DNA of 64,000 nt from Hemiscyllium ocellatum (taxonomy: Eukaryota): NCBI RefSeq assembly GCF_020745735.1, contig NC_083417.1:71920001-71984000 (forward strand), given 5' to 3'. Made by a program: the position numbers and the translations under genes. Under the pieces are notes generated by a model. The model was not told the DNA's origin, searched no databases, and worked only from the letters and a program-made list of their open reading frames with translations. Below, piece after piece: positions 63,891-64,000 of the stretch. Every line of letters starts with the position of its first letter. The first letter of the stretch is position 1.

Positions 63891-63998
63891 TTAAATGATC
63901 CACAGTAAGGCGGTCCCCAACACCACCATTCCGATCCCCAAAATCAAACGGAAGATGTTAATGGTGTGGAATCGGCCAACTGAAGGATAGAGATTCAA
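63891..63998 (-). CDS. Partial last coding exon of an unidentified membrane protein, truncated by the window edge
   Basis: Reads LNLYPSVGRFHTINIFRLILGIGMVVLGTALLWII*, a clear C-terminal hydrophobic helix. The stop is followed 2 nt later by a consensus donor AAG|GTAAGG (63889/63888). The other two minus frames hit stops early. Confidence 0.7.
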   Translation of the reverse strand: MNLYPSVGRFHTINIFRLILGIGMVVLGTALLWII

Positions 63999-64000
63999 TG

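Overview
Eukaryotic, repeat-dominated genomic DNA, almost certainly from a cartilaginous fish (shark). This is inferred from HE1/V-SINE-type tRNA SINEs sharing a 3' tail with abundant CR1 LINEs, plus Penelope-like element (PLE) relics. No complete protein-coding gene is visible. The only convincing host-gene signal is the 3' end of an unidentified minus-strand membrane-protein gene at the right edge (last coding exon 63889-64000, candidate all-UTR terminal exon about 62870-63214). Main contents: (1) a near full-length but frameshifted CR1 (about 10713-15307) whose 5' UTR is a roughly 3x200-bp monomer array; (2) many truncated CR1, L2-like LINE and SINE copies; (3) PLE fragments and PLE terminal-repeat mini-elements carrying minimal type I hammerhead ribozyme motifs (CUGAUGA...GAAAC GUC) of several sequence families, one apparently intact (4655-4690) and three arranged as head-to-head palindromes; (4) a local tandem triplication (33508-39280, 41525-47814, 48330-52000) whose junctions coincide with CR1 ends; (5) a 6.6-kb 17/34-bp satellite with higher-order structure (about 55990-62600). 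Nearly all ORFs in the supplied track are TE fragments, antisense shadows or repeat artefacts. Coordinates were read by hand; boundaries of old repeats are approximate.
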